Part shown: positions 1 through 9,668 of the stretch, piece by piece
Layout: the number at the start of each line of letters is the position of its first letter
Numbering within the stretch: the stretch's first letter is position 1
DNA from: Candidatus Poseidoniaceae archaeon
Lineage (GTDB): Archaea; Thermoplasmatota; Poseidoniia; Poseidoniales; Poseidoniaceae
Reading direction: 5' to 3'
DNA: 64,000 nt
Assembly (NCBI GenBank): GCA_938030705.1
Contig: CALHIR010000005.1
Location: 132,909 to 196,908 of the forward strand
Notes under the pieces: model-generated
What the model saw: the letters and a program-made list of their open reading frames with translations, nothing else
What the model was told of the DNA's origin: nothing
Databases searched by the model: none
Made by a program: the position numbers and the translations under genes

Positions 1-2110
1 TTTGGTAAATCTTCCGACCTTCTTCGACTGCGTGAACAATGTTCGCAAAGTTGTCATCTTGAAGCACCATATCGGCAGCATCCTTGGCAACGTCGGTTCC
101 AGCGATGCCCATGGCAATACCGATGTTGGCACCGGAGAGGGCGGGTGCATCGTTCACACCGTCGCCCGTCATGGCGACAATCTCGCCCTGCTCTTGGAGT
201 GAAGAGACGATTCGCATTTTCTGGTCGGGCGTGACACGAGAATAAATGGCGACCTCACCGGAGACTTCCCGTAGTTCATCATCGCTTAGGGCGGCGAGGT
301 TTTTGCCATCCAACGGACCTCTGCCCGAGGACGTAATGTCAAGTTCACGCCCGATGGCGGCGGCTGTCATTTGTTGGTCACCGGTGATCATCTTGACTTT
401 GATACCAGCGCGCTGGCATGTTTCGATGGCTGCCTTGACCTCCGGTCGGGGAGGGTCCATGATCCCAATAAGTCCCAGGAAAATCAATTTGGATTCCATA
501 GACTGGAGCGACTCAACATCCTCGCCGTCCTCGACCCGGCGAGCAAATAGTGCGATGACGCGCATCGCTTGTGACCCCATGTCGTTGTTGAGATGAACGA
601 TGCGCTCTTGGTCATCTGATGAGAGATCAACAATTTGATTGTCAACAATTTTTGAGGTTGCAAGTTCACTGTAGCCGCCGGCGCTCCCCTTGGAAAACAC
701 CCATTTCTCGCCCTCGTATTCATGAATGACACTCATGCGCTTTCGCACCGAATCAAAGAAGAATTCATTCACACGAGGATGGCGATGTGAGAACTTCTTG
801 ACGTCACCGTTGATTTTCCAACCCGCTACGGCGCATGCAGAGTCCGTCGGGTCACCGATCGCCTGCCAGTGGCCTTCGGTTTTGACAATGTTGGAATTGT
901 GGCACAGAGCGAGGCATGCCCCGAGAAGACGAAAACCAAGGTCTGCCTGGTGGGATTGGAGATCTTCGTCGGAGAGAGCGACCCCGTTTCGAACAAGGTT
1001 ACCGTTCGGTTGGAACCCTTCGCCAGTGACGCCGTAATCACCGTCAAGTGTGTGAATTTGCCTGACGGTCATCTGATTTTTCGTCAACGTCCCTGTTTTA
1101 TCGGAACAGATAACCGTGGTTGAACCCAGAGTTTCCACCGCTTTCATTCTGCGAATAATCGCTTTGTGTCGAGCCATATTCCTCATGCCAAGGGACAAGG
1201 TGATGACCAAGATGATCGGCAAACCTTCTGGCACAATCGCTACAAAGATGGCAATCGCCACAATGAATTGTTCAACAACCACTTCACGCAGGTCGACGTT
1301 CGGTTTCCCATAGGAAACAAGCAAGTTCAACGAAACGAGTAATACAGCGACTATGAGGGCGATAAAGCCAAGGAATTTACCGAGGCTTTCCAATTTTAAT
1401 TCCAGCGGTGTTTTTGGTGTTTGAGCCTCGGCAATGTTGCTCGCAATTTTACCGAGTTCAGTTTGCATACCTGTGGCCACGACCAGTCCCAATCCGCGAC
1501 CGGAGGATACGGTGGTCCCCATGTACGCCATGTTGTTTCGGTCTGCCAGAACCGTGTCCAAGGACAGGGCTTCGGTTTTCTTGCTGATGGTAAGGGATTC
1601 ACCTGTCAAGGCGGATTCGTCCACCTTGCATTGTTGCGACCACAAAAGTCGGACGTCAGCTGGAACATTGAGTCCTTGTTCGAGGCGAACGACATCACCA
1701 GGTACCAGGTCGGATGTTGGCACCTCGCTTTCATAATCCCCACGAATAACCACACAATTCGAAATGGACATTTGTTTCAGGGAGTCCATGGCCTGTTCGG
1801 CTTGGCTTTCCTGCCAAAACCCAAAGAAAGCATTCGCCGTCAAGACAATGAAGATGAAAATAGCATCGCCTGGATGGTCAGGTTTGATGGCTAACGCAAC
1901 CAAGGCGGCGCCGATGAGCAGGTAGTTCAAAGGGTCATTGTACTGCGATAGAAAACGGAGGAAAGGGGAAGTTTTCTCTGGCTCGGCCAGTTTGTTCAAC
2001 CCAAATCGTTCTTGGCGACGTAGGACCTCATCGATATCTATACCGCTCTCAGTGCTCTCTTGAGCCATGAGGCAGTCTTTCGCAGAGAGATTGTGCCAAT
2101 GTTCATCCAT
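1..2110 (-). CDS. Type II cation-transporting P-type ATPase (Ca2+-like); C-terminus runs off the window
   Basis: Not in the ORF track because no stop lies inside the window. Manual translation from ATG 2110 gives MDEHWHNLSAKDCL...RFGLNKL, with LTGES, VAIVPEGLP, CSDKTGTLT, MITGDH and MTGDGVNDAP motifs. Confidence 0.93.
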   Translation of the reverse strand, partial: MDEHWHNLSAKDCLMAQESTESGIDIDEVLRRQERFGLNKLAEPEKTSPFLRFLSQYNDPLNYLLIGAALVALAIKPDHPGDAIFIFIVLTANAFFGFWQESQAEQAMDSLKQMSISNCVVIRGDYESEVPTSDLVPGDVVRLEQGLNVPADVRLLWSQQCKVDESALTGESLTISKKTEALSLDTVLADRNNMAYMGTTVSSGRGLGLVVATGMQTELGKIASNIAEAQTPKTPLELKLESLGKFLGFIALIVAVLLVSLNLLVSYGKPNVDLREVVVEQFIVAIAIFVAIVPEGLPIILVITLSLGMRNMARHKAIIRRMKAVETLGSTTVICSDKTGTLTKNQMTVRQIHTLDGDYGVTGEGFQPNGNLVRNGVALSDEDLQSHQADLGFRLLGACLALCHNSNIVKTEGHWQAIGDPTDSACAVAGWKINGDVKKFSHRHPRVNEFFFDSVRKRMSVIHEYEGEKWVFSKGSAGGYSELATSKIVDNQIVDLSSDDQERIVHLNNDMGSQAMRVIALFARRVEDGEDVESLQSMESKLIFLGLIGIMDPPRPEVKAAIETCQRAGIKVKMITGDQQMTAAAIGRELDITSSGRGPLDGKNLAALSDDELREVSGEVAIYSRVTPDQKMRIVSSLQEQGEIVAMTGDGVNDAPALSGANIGIAMGIAGTDVAKDAADMVLQDDNFANIVHAVEEGRKIYQ

Positions 2111-2268
2111 ACCAATTCCCCCGGGTTCAAGGCGGCGCCTCAAAAACAAATTATGCTAAATCGTCCGATTATTAACATTGATGATAAAAGCCCCACAGAT
2201 TTTCACACCATCAACAAACATCCTCAACCCTGCGTAGGCTATACCTACCGGAACCAACTGGAAGCGAC

Positions 2269-4314
2269 ATGAGCGGGCTGAATGAACCCTACATCCCGGC
2301 CCATGAATCACCCCTTGAACTCACCACTCGGGTGGTCTTGGTGGGCATCGTGTTGGGTGTCTTGATGACCGCCGCCAATGCCTATCTCGGCCTCTATGCC
2401 GGCATGACGGTCTCTGCGAGCATACCGGCGGCGGTCATGTCGATGATCATCCTCCGAACGATGTTCAAAGATGTTTCAATTCTTGAAAACAACGCCGTCC
2501 AAACCATGGCATCCGCTGGCGAATCGCTTGCAGCTGGCGTGATTTTTACGGTTCCAGCCCTTCTGGTCATGAACATATGGACTTCGATTCAATGGATGGA
2601 GACCCTCATCATCGCTACCCTTGGCGGCCTCTTAGGCACCATGTTTACCATCGCATTGAGACGTTTGTTCATCGTTGAAGAAGCCCTTCCATATCCAGAA
2701 GGCGTCGCTTGCCGAGAGGTGTTGGTTGCCGGAGAAGAAGGAGGTGATGGTGCTCTCGCCATCCTCTACGCTCTGGCCATCGGTGGAATCTACGGTTTGA
2801 TGGTCAAGGGCTTTGAAGTCACGCACCATACCGTTGAGGGCGCCGTTTCCTTCGTTTCTACACGGCTCTATGCGGGGATGGATTTGTCCATAGCCTTGCT
2901 GTCGGTAGGCTACATCGTGGGTATTCGAATCGCTTCATTCATCTTCTTTGGTGGCGTCTTGGGTTTTGGATTACTTGTTCCGATGTACGGTCTAATTTAC
3001 GGATGGCCAGCCACCGACTCCTTGGTGGATGGATTTTACAGCATCTGGTCCACACAAGTTCGGTATGTTGGCGTCGGGGCCATGGTCGTAGGTGGTGTTT
3101 ACACCCTCTGGTCCATGCGGAAGACCATCTTCACTGGTTTGTCCAAAGCCTTTGTCAAAGCCGATGAAGATCAAGGCGAATTGCTGCGGACCGAACAAGA
3201 CATCCCGATGAATCGTGTCTTCATGGTCTGTGGTGTTTTGGTCGTCCTGACATTCTTCTTCTATTGGTGGGCCACAGAATCCTTTGTCTTGGCCATCGCT
3301 GGGGCTCTTTTCTTGGCCTTCGTGGCCTTTTTCTTTGCGGCGGTGGCGGGCTACATTGCAGGCGTGGTCGGATCATCCAATTCGCCTGTTTCCGGCATGA
3401 CCATCGCTACGCTACTTTTCACGGTGGGCCTGGTCTACATCGTTGGCGATGTGTTCCTTGGTATGGCCAAGCAAGACCTGATGTATGCGACCTTGCTTAT
3501 CGCGGCCATCGTAGCCTCAAGTGCGGCGATTGCTGGAGACGTGATGCAGGACCTCAAGACCGGCCACATGCTTGGTGCTACACCAAAGCGACAACAAGTC
3601 GCAGAAATCATCGGTGTATTGACCGGAGCCGTCGTTATTGGTCCCGTCTTGTCCCTCCTCCACGATGCGTTTCGAATCTCGCAAACGGCGTGCCAACTCA
3701 ATCCCCTACCTGGCGACCCAACGTGTTCCAAAGCCCTTTTTGCTCCCCAAGCCGAACTTATCGGGGCCATCGTGCAAGGTGCGTTTGGTGGCGATTTAAA
3801 CATTCAAATGGTGGTGTTGGGCGCCGCCATCGCTGTTGCTCTCATCCGCCTGCAGATGCCCGTGATGAGCGTCGCCATCGGCATCTATCTCCCGCTTGGT
3901 TTGTCCGTTCCCATCATGACAGGAGGTATCATCTCCCACGTTCTCTTGAGGAGTGCTCATCTCCGAGTGGATGGCGTTTTGCGGAAACAACCGTCTGAAA
4001 AAGCCATCAAAGCGGCCAAAGATGTTGAGAGTCGCGGTGTCTTGATTGGCGCTGGATTCATCGCAGGCGAATCCATCATGGGTGTTTTGATCGCCGTGTT
4101 GATCGTCGCTAAAATCGACCTTCCCGAAATCTTTGGCATCGGTACGCTCAACAATCCATTTTCGCTGTTATTCTTCGTTTGGTTCGTTGGCGTGTTCATT
4201 TGGCTGGCTGCTCGGGCGCTCCCCAAAGGCGGTAGCCTCGCCGGCGATACGGTGATGGTCGTGGCCAATGCGATGCGAAACATGCTCGATGCCCTCCAGC
4301 CTAAAAAGCGTTGA
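2269..4314 (+). CDS. OPT family oligopeptide transporter
   Basis: ELTTR..N-YLGLYAGMTVSASIPAAV, ENNAVQT.ASAGES, LPYPEGVAC, MQDLKTGH.LGATP..QQ motifs; many TM helices. Confidence 0.93.
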   Translation: MSGLNEPYIPAHESPLELTTRVVLVGIVLGVLMTAANAYLGLYAGMTVSASIPAAVMSMIILRTMFKDVSILENNAVQTMASAGESLAAGVIFTVPALLVMNIWTSIQWMETLIIATLGGLLGTMFTIALRRLFIVEEALPYPEGVACREVLVAGEEGGDGALAILYALAIGGIYGLMVKGFEVTHHTVEGAVSFVSTRLYAGMDLSIALLSVGYIVGIRIASFIFFGGVLGFGLLVPMYGLIYGWPATDSLVDGFYSIWSTQVRYVGVGAMVVGGVYTLWSMRKTIFTGLSKAFVKADEDQGELLRTEQDIPMNRVFMVCGVLVVLTFFFYWWATESFVLAIAGALFLAFVAFFFAAVAGYIAGVVGSSNSPVSGMTIATLLFTVGLVYIVGDVFLGMAKQDLMYATLLIAAIVASSAAIAGDVMQDLKTGHMLGATPKRQQVAEIIGVLTGAVVIGPVLSLLHDAFRISQTACQLNPLPGDPTCSKALFAPQAELIGAIVQGAFGGDLNIQMVVLGAAIAVALIRLQMPVMSVAIGIYLPLGLSVPIMTGGIISHVLLRSAHLRVDGVLRKQPSEKAIKAAKDVESRGVLIGAGFIAGESIMGVLIAVLIVAKIDLPEIFGIGTLNNPFSLLFFVWFVGVFIWLAARALPKGGSLAGDTVMVVANAMRNMLDALQPKKR

Positions 4315-4392
4315 CTGCGCCGAAATCCCACAGATATATCCGGCACAACCATCAAAGGCCATCCATGCAGGCCTAGGGGTGTTGGTGAGGAG

Positions 4393-5217
4393 ATGACAAG
4401 CACAAATGAACTGAGAGAACTTGCACGAAAATGTCGAGTCCATATCGTCAACATGGTGCATCGTGCACAGGCCGGCCACCCGGGTGGTTCGCTCTCAGAA
4501 ATCGACCTCATGGCAGCGCTTTACCAAACCACCCTCCGTGTTCGTCCCGAAGAACCAGATTGGGACGACCGAGACCGATTCATTCTTTCAAAAGGTCATG
4601 CGTCTCCCGGCATGTACGCTATTCTTGCGGAAATGGGCTTCATTTCCGTTGAGGATTTGGAATCTTACCGAGTCCTCGGGGGAATTTGTCAGGGCCACGT
4701 GGACATGAAATGGTGCCCAGGGGTTGATTTCTCCGCAGGTTCTCTTGGCATGGGGCTCTCGTTTGGCATGGGTTCAGCCATCGCAGGACGATTGGAAGGG
4801 AGTGAACGCCAAATCTACGTGATGCTCGGCGATGGTGAAATCCAAGAAGGAAGTGTTTGGGAAGCGGCCATGGCCGCAGCCCATCACGAACTTGGTAACC
4901 TCAATGTCATTTTGGACCGAAATCGTATCCAAAACGATGACTTTTGTGAAGCACAAATGCGCATGTTTGACATTCCGGCAAAGTGGAAAGCCTTTGGATG
5001 GAACGTTAAGGAAATCGACGGACACAACATGGAAGAAATCGTAGACGGCTTAGGCTTTCTCAAGAACACCAACGACGGCCCATCCATCTTGATCGCTCAC
5101 ACCGTCAAAGGCCATGGCGTCTCGTTCATGGCCGACAACCCAGCGTTTCATGGCGCCGCACCTAACGACGAGCAATATGCGCAGGCCATGGCTGAACTCG
5201 GCGAGGTGGTCGCATGA
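4393..5217 (+). CDS. tktA: Transketolase, N-terminal (TPP-binding) subunit
   Basis: GHPGGSLS, DRFILSKGH, GSLGMG, GDGE.QEG..WEA, DGHN motifs. Confidence 0.95.
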   Translation: MTSTNELRELARKCRVHIVNMVHRAQAGHPGGSLSEIDLMAALYQTTLRVRPEEPDWDDRDRFILSKGHASPGMYAILAEMGFISVEDLESYRVLGGICQGHVDMKWCPGVDFSAGSLGMGLSFGMGSAIAGRLEGSERQIYVMLGDGEIQEGSVWEAAMAAAHHELGNLNVILDRNRIQNDDFCEAQMRMFDIPAKWKAFGWNVKEIDGHNMEEIVDGLGFLKNTNDGPSILIAHTVKGHGVSFMADNPAFHGAAPNDEQYAQAMAELGEVVA

Positions 5218-6152
5218 CCAACATGGCGGCTACACGAGACGGCTATGGCCAAGCCCTTCTCGAACTCGCTTCCAATCCGAAAGTGGTCGTCCTTGAGGCC
5301 GACCTCGGGAAATCCACCAAGTCCCTCCACTTTCGAAAGGCCCACCCTGAACGAACCGTTTCTTGTGGAATCGGAGAGCAAAACATGCTCCTTGTCGGAG
5401 CAGGGCTCGCAGCATCAGGCTACATCCCATTTGCAAGCACCTTTGCTATCTTCACCGAACGAGCTTTTGAACAGATGCGAAACGGTGTTGCACGACCAAA
5501 CCTTGCCGTCCATGTTTGTGGAAGCCATGGCGGAACCCACACGGGAACCGACGGTTCTTCGGCCCAGTCCATAGAAGACCTGGCCATTTACCGAACCTTA
5601 CCCAACGTGATTGTCATGCATCCAAGCGACATTGTCTCAACGAAGATACTGACCATGCAACTGGCCGAAACAGGTTCACCATCCTACACCCGAACAGCCC
5701 GTAACAAGACACCCGTCCTTTACGAAGGCCGGGAAAACGAAATCAAAATCGGGAAGGGCATTGTTCTCAAGGAAGGGGCCGACGTGGCCATCGTCGCTTG
5801 TGGCGTGATGGTATCGCAATCCATTGAGGCCGCTGAAGCCCTCGCCGCAGAAGGCATCAACGCCACGGTGGTCGATATGCACACCCTCAAGCCATTGGAC
5901 GGCGCCCTCATTGACCGTTTGGTCGCCTCGTGTGGGGCCATTGTGACCGCAGAGGACCACAACGTCATTGGCGGACTTGGCGGAGCCGTTGCCGAGTACA
6001 TGACAAGCAACACCTACGCGCCGTTGGAACGAGTTGGTGTGCAAGACCGGTTTGGAGAGTCGGGTCAGGCCGATGAAATGTTGGAGGTCATGCAAATCTC
6101 GACACCCTACATCGCAGAAGCAGCCAAGCGGGCCATCGCACGCAAGGGCTGA
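5214..6152 (+). CDS. tktB: Transketolase, C-terminal subunit
   Basis: GIGEQNM, DGSSAQ.IED, TLKPLD, EDH...GGLG motifs; 4-nt overlap with the N-terminal subunit gene. Confidence 0.94.
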   Translation: MTNMAATRDGYGQALLELASNPKVVVLEADLGKSTKSLHFRKAHPERTVSCGIGEQNMLLVGAGLAASGYIPFASTFAIFTERAFEQMRNGVARPNLAVHVCGSHGGTHTGTDGSSAQSIEDLAIYRTLPNVIVMHPSDIVSTKILTMQLAETGSPSYTRTARNKTPVLYEGRENEIKIGKGIVLKEGADVAIVACGVMVSQSIEAAEALAAEGINATVVDMHTLKPLDGALIDRLVASCGAIVTAEDHNVIGGLGGAVAEYMTSNTYAPLERVGVQDRFGESGQADEMLEVMQISTPYIAEAAKRAIARKG

Positions 6153-6209
6153 AAAGCCCTCAAAACCCACAGGGGAGAGTTCATAGAACCTCTTTGATGA
6201 ACAGGGCTC

Positions 6210-6869
6210 ATGGAGTTCTTCCTTGACACCGCTGACGTTGACGAAATCAAAGAAATCGCCGCCTGGGGCATCCTTGACGGCGTGACCACCAACCCGTCCC
6301 TTATCAAAAAATCAGGAAGGGATTTCAAAGAAGTTGTACGAGAAATCGCCGGCATTTGCTCGGGACCGATTTCCGCTGAAGTGACCGCTATGGATACAGC
6401 CGGCATGGTTGAACAAGGGCGTGCCCTAAAGGCAGAACTCCCACCCAACGTCATCATCAAGATTCCATGCACACCCGAAGGCCTTGCTGCGACAAAAATT
6501 CTGACCGAAGACGGTATTGATACCAACGTCACGTTGATCTTCTCAGCATCACAGGCGCTCATGGCCGCGAAAGCCGGAGCAACCTACGTCTCGCCATTCA
6601 TTGGACGTATCGACGACACCGGCCACGACGGTATGGAACTCATCGCTGAGATCATGAACACGTGGGCCAATTACAATCTCGACACCAAGGTGCTTGCCGC
6701 CTCAGTACGTCATCCAACCCACGTCTTGCAGTGCATCCAACTGGGTGCACATACGGCCACCATGCCCGCCAAGACCTTCCGTCAACTCATGAGCCACCCC
6801 CTTACGGACCGAGGACTCGAAGGCTTCATGCGCGATTGGGCTGAAGTGGAAAAAGCCGGAAAGGCTTGA
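6210..6869 (+). CDS. tal: Transaldolase (TalC/FSA family)
   Basis: [20 protein letters not shown] (Schiff-base Lys), [15 protein letters not shown] motifs. Confidence 0.93.
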   Translation: MEFFLDTADVDEIKEIAAWGILDGVTTNPSLIKKSGRDFKEVVREIAGICSGPISAEVTAMDTAGMVEQGRALKAELPPNVIIKIPCTPEGLAATKILTEDGIDTNVTLIFSASQALMAAKAGATYVSPFIGRIDDTGHDGMELIAEIMNTWANYNLDTKVLAASVRHPTHVLQCIQLGAHTATMPAKTFRQLMSHPLTDRGLEGFMRDWAEVEKAGKA

Positions 6870-6899
6870 TCTGAAATTTCCTTGTACTGTGTGTCGCCG

Positions 6900-6926
6900 A
6901 ATCCTCGGTGACCTAAACCGAGGATT
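6900..6926 (+). terminator. Perfect 10-bp inverted repeat (AATCCTCGGT-7nt-ACCGAGGATT) downstream of transaldolase; putative terminator or stability hairpin
   Basis: The repeat is seen directly; its function is inferred from position. Confidence 0.45.
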
Positions 6927-7015
6927 ATCGTCCCCAAACGCTCTTATCCAACGCTTAGAGGTAAAAACGCATGGGCGCATCCCCGTTTCTTCCACTGGTG
7001 GAACCAACAAAACCG

Positions 7016-7317
7016 ATGCGACGTCATGACATTGACTGGCTAAGGGTCATCCTCTTTGGTTTGCTCATTTGGTTCCACTACGCCGTTTTTTCACTGGGTG
7101 CGCTCGAAGGGGAAGACAGCAGCATGGAGTTGTTCAACCTCCCATTGTTCTTCATCATCGGCGTGATGCATCAATGGCGGTTGGCCGCCCTGTTTGTCAT
7201 TTCAGGCATGGGAACGGCATTCGCTTCGTGGTTTCGTTGGTCTTCAACGCCCTTGCCGTGGGCATGATTCTGATGCTGCTCGTGTGGATCATCGGTGCAG
7301 ATGTTCTTTCAGCCTGA
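7016..7317 (+). pseudogene. Internally deleted or frameshifted acyltransferase-3 (MdoC/OpgC-like) gene
   Basis: MRRHDIDWLRV...FH and QWRLAALFVISG match the N-terminus of the acyltransferase_3 family. The frame stops at 7267. A hydrophobic C-terminal-like segment continues in another frame to 7317. Confidence 0.6.
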
Positions 7318-7465
7318 GCCGTGTGGGTTTTGAACCCATCAACCGCTTCCGAACCGGGTGGGCGTTGGGGTGTCCTCCCTGCTTCATAGCATCAAACAGT
7401 ACTCGACAACCTGGCTTTCTTGCTCACGCTCAACTCTAGCAGAGTGTTAGGTGGATGAGCTTGCT

Positions 7466-8503
7466 TCAGCGAGAAGCGAGCGTGAGGTTCTTCCACATCT
7501 CTTCTGGAACTTCCATAGCGAGGCGAAGACCGCCCATGGCCCCCAAGCGAACGGGGTCGTCCACAACGTGAACGTTCACATCACCCATGTCGGAAAGGCG
7601 GCGCTCGATGAGGGCACCAAGTCCCTTGATGGAGGAACCGCCACCGGCGAGGACCATGTTCTTGCGGAACTCGTCGTGATATTCAGGGTTGGAACCGGCG
7701 ATGAGTTTCTTAACGTTCTCAACGATTGGGTCAACGATGGCTTCACAAGCGCGCTGCATGCAATCGGTGATGTCAAGGGTCATGGCCTTCCCGTCAATGG
7801 AGAAATCCACGAGAATGGGTTCATCCGGAGCGGAGGTCGAGACAAAGGAGAATTGCTCCTTCCAGCGCCGAGCCATATCCTTGGTGATTTGTGCGCCGTT
7901 GTACTTCGATTGAATTTCCTTGATGAGGGCGTTGTCAACGTAGTCGCCTGCGTAGCCTGTGTGCATTTGGTCGCCGGGACCGGGGATGGTTCCGTAGACA
8001 CGGCAAAGGTCGGTTGTACCTGCGCCGATGTCGATGACAAGGGTGTGGTTGATCATATCCAAGGCATAAGCCACGGCGAACGGCTCGGAAATGATCATAG
8101 CGGAGTTGACGGAACCGGCGGCAGCGTCAAAGATAGCGGTCTTGTCAACGTGACTGGCTTCAGCAGGTGCACCGATGACAGCAACAACCCGGTCGTACTC
8201 TTCAGGGTCTGAAAGACCGATGAGATGCGTGATGAAGTGAGCGATGAATTCTCGGTCTTCTGGTGTGTCCTTGATGACGCCGAGTTCAAGAGGACGGAAG
8301 AGGTTGAGGGCAAGGCGATTCTTCAAGGCCTCATGACCGAAGAGCACATCACGCTTCAGAAAGTTGCGAGCAATCGGGTCTTTGGGGGTACCAATAACCG
8401 TCAGTTCTTCCACTTCGTGACTGTCGGAGGAAACCATCACCGAGCGGAAGGTTCCCAAGTCAATTCCAATATACAACACGTCTTTTGCCATAGGCGTAAC
8501 CAT
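7466..8503 (-). CDS. Actin-family ATPase, MamK/salactin-like
   Basis: Phosphate-1 IGIDLGT, connect-1 SEPFAVA, phosphate-2 DIGAGTTD, adenosine AGGGS.I.GL; additional MamK-type blocks GTPKD, GTIPGP.DQ, KEQFSFV, LRLA.E.P...W. Confidence 0.85.
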   Translation of the reverse strand: MVTPMAKDVLYIGIDLGTFRSVMVSSDSHEVEELTVIGTPKDPIARNFLKRDVLFGHEALKNRLALNLFRPLELGVIKDTPEDREFIAHFITHLIGLSDPEEYDRVVAVIGAPAEASHVDKTAIFDAAAGSVNSAMIISEPFAVAYALDMINHTLVIDIGAGTTDLCRVYGTIPGPGDQMHTGYAGDYVDNALIKEIQSKYNGAQITKDMARRWKEQFSFVSTSAPDEPILVDFSIDGKAMTLDITDCMQRACEAIVDPIVENVKKLIAGSNPEYHDEFRKNMVLAGGGSSIKGLGALIERRLSDMGDVNVHVVDDPVRLGAMGGLRLAMEVPEEMWKNLTLASR

Positions 8504-8519
8504 CTTTCGGATACCGCTT

Positions 8520-8533
8520 CACTTTATGAAGAG
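8520..8533 (-). promoter_or_regulatory. Putative TATA-like promoter element for the actin gene
   Basis: Minus strand reads CTTCATAAAGTG about 20-30 nt upstream of the start. A near-identical CTCATAAAGTG lies upstream of psmA (about 30485-30495). Confidence 0.35.
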
Positions 8534-8614
8534 TCCCCACATTCATGATAGCATGAAATGCTGGATGCGCAAAATTTGCTTTCTATAGAACAGAAGACAG
8601 ATGAGGAGAAAAAC

Positions 8615-9631
8615 TCAACACCACTGTTCACAAGGGTGGCAATACCATGCAGCATGTTCGGGATACAATTCCGCCATCCCGCTGCAATTGGTGCACTCTT
8701 TCAGCGTGTTTTCTCCGCAAATTTCAACCACCATTTGCACATGGTAAGCATCGTCGATATTGAGTTGTTCTCGCATAGCCCAGAGAAGTTGGTCCTCACT
8801 CGGTGAGATGATGCCGTCCTCCAACACCATCTCAACCACGGTCCGGTAGTCCTGAATATTGGAAAAGTCTCGGTGGTCCAGCACAACACCGCCTTTTTCA
8901 GCAACGATATCCGTGCCACCAGGGTCGTCGACGAAGATGACAAAGGAAGCTGCTGAAAGGCTATCATCCTTCAATTCAAACGAGATCCGGACACCATCCA
9001 AGTTAGCATACACCAGTTTTGAGGAACGGTTGATCACGTTGGTAATAGAACGCGCGGTTGCCTCGGCATTTGGCCCACGCTTCCACCCCGTTGGACTGCG
9101 TTCGTTGAAGGCATAGAATTCTGTTCCCCGACCAGGATATTCAAGGCGAATCTCCTCGCCGCCATCAAAGCCATTTGAGACAATCGTGATGGCCGCTACT
9201 TCCGTCGAGAGGATGTTGTCCTCTTCATCAAAACTGATTAACAATGGCTTGCGTTCCTCCGAAGCAGGATTGTAGTGGCCTTGCATGCCGCTCATCCATT
9301 TGTCTTCCAACCGCTTCAAGGATTGCTCCTGCTCTCCCGTGAGGTTTTTGTTAATGCCGAGCACGTTGGCGAGTTCTCCGGAGGCCAGTTCTTGCTTAAA
9401 TTGCTGAATTTTTTCTGCATCTCTGTGATGAGTAGGAGGCTGAGGGCGTTTCCGCTCTTCTTTGTAATTCGGGTCGGCCCACTCATAGCCGCAGGAGCCG
9501 CATTGGAGGTATCCCTTCATCGTTGAATCTTGGGCGCTTCCGCCGCAACGAGGGCAATCACCATCTTCGTTGTAGCCAAGGTTGGCTTTGGCTTCCTCTC
9601 GCCCTTTCCTCATGCCCCCGAATCCTGCCAT
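8615..9631 (-). CDS. Hypothetical protein with N- and C-terminal Zn-ribbons and a TerB-like helical segment
   Basis: CPRC...CGSC at the N-terminus, CTNC...CHPC at the C-terminus, and an EDGIISPSEDQLL motif. Start taken at MAGFGG (9631). Confidence 0.7.
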   Translation of the reverse strand: MAGFGGMRKGREEAKANLGYNEDGDCPRCGGSAQDSTMKGYLQCGSCGYEWADPNYKEERKRPQPPTHHRDAEKIQQFKQELASGELANVLGINKNLTGEQEQSLKRLEDKWMSGMQGHYNPASEERKPLLISFDEEDNILSTEVAAITIVSNGFDGGEEIRLEYPGRGTEFYAFNERSPTGWKRGPNAEATARSITNVINRSSKLVYANLDGVRISFELKDDSLSAASFVIFVDDPGGTDIVAEKGGVVLDHRDFSNIQDYRTVVEMVLEDGIISPSEDQLLWAMREQLNIDDAYHVQMVVEICGENTLKECTNCSGMAELYPEHAAWYCHPCEQWC

Positions 9632-9668
9632 GAGCAGGTGGTGAACTTTAGGAAGTATGAATGCTTTG

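Noticed and set aside
4393-6869. Bacterial-like transketolase/transaldolase as a novelty
   Set aside because: The non-oxidative pentose phosphate genes are already known in Thermoplasmatota and some other archaea.
7318-7465. Small hairpins between the acyltransferase remnant and the actin gene
   Set aside because: The stems are only 5-6 bp and fit chance or simple termination signals; no coherent RNA fold was seen.
7466-8503. Magnetosome island
   Set aside because: Only the actin resembles MamK; no mamA/B/E/M/Q-like or iron-transport genes are nearby.
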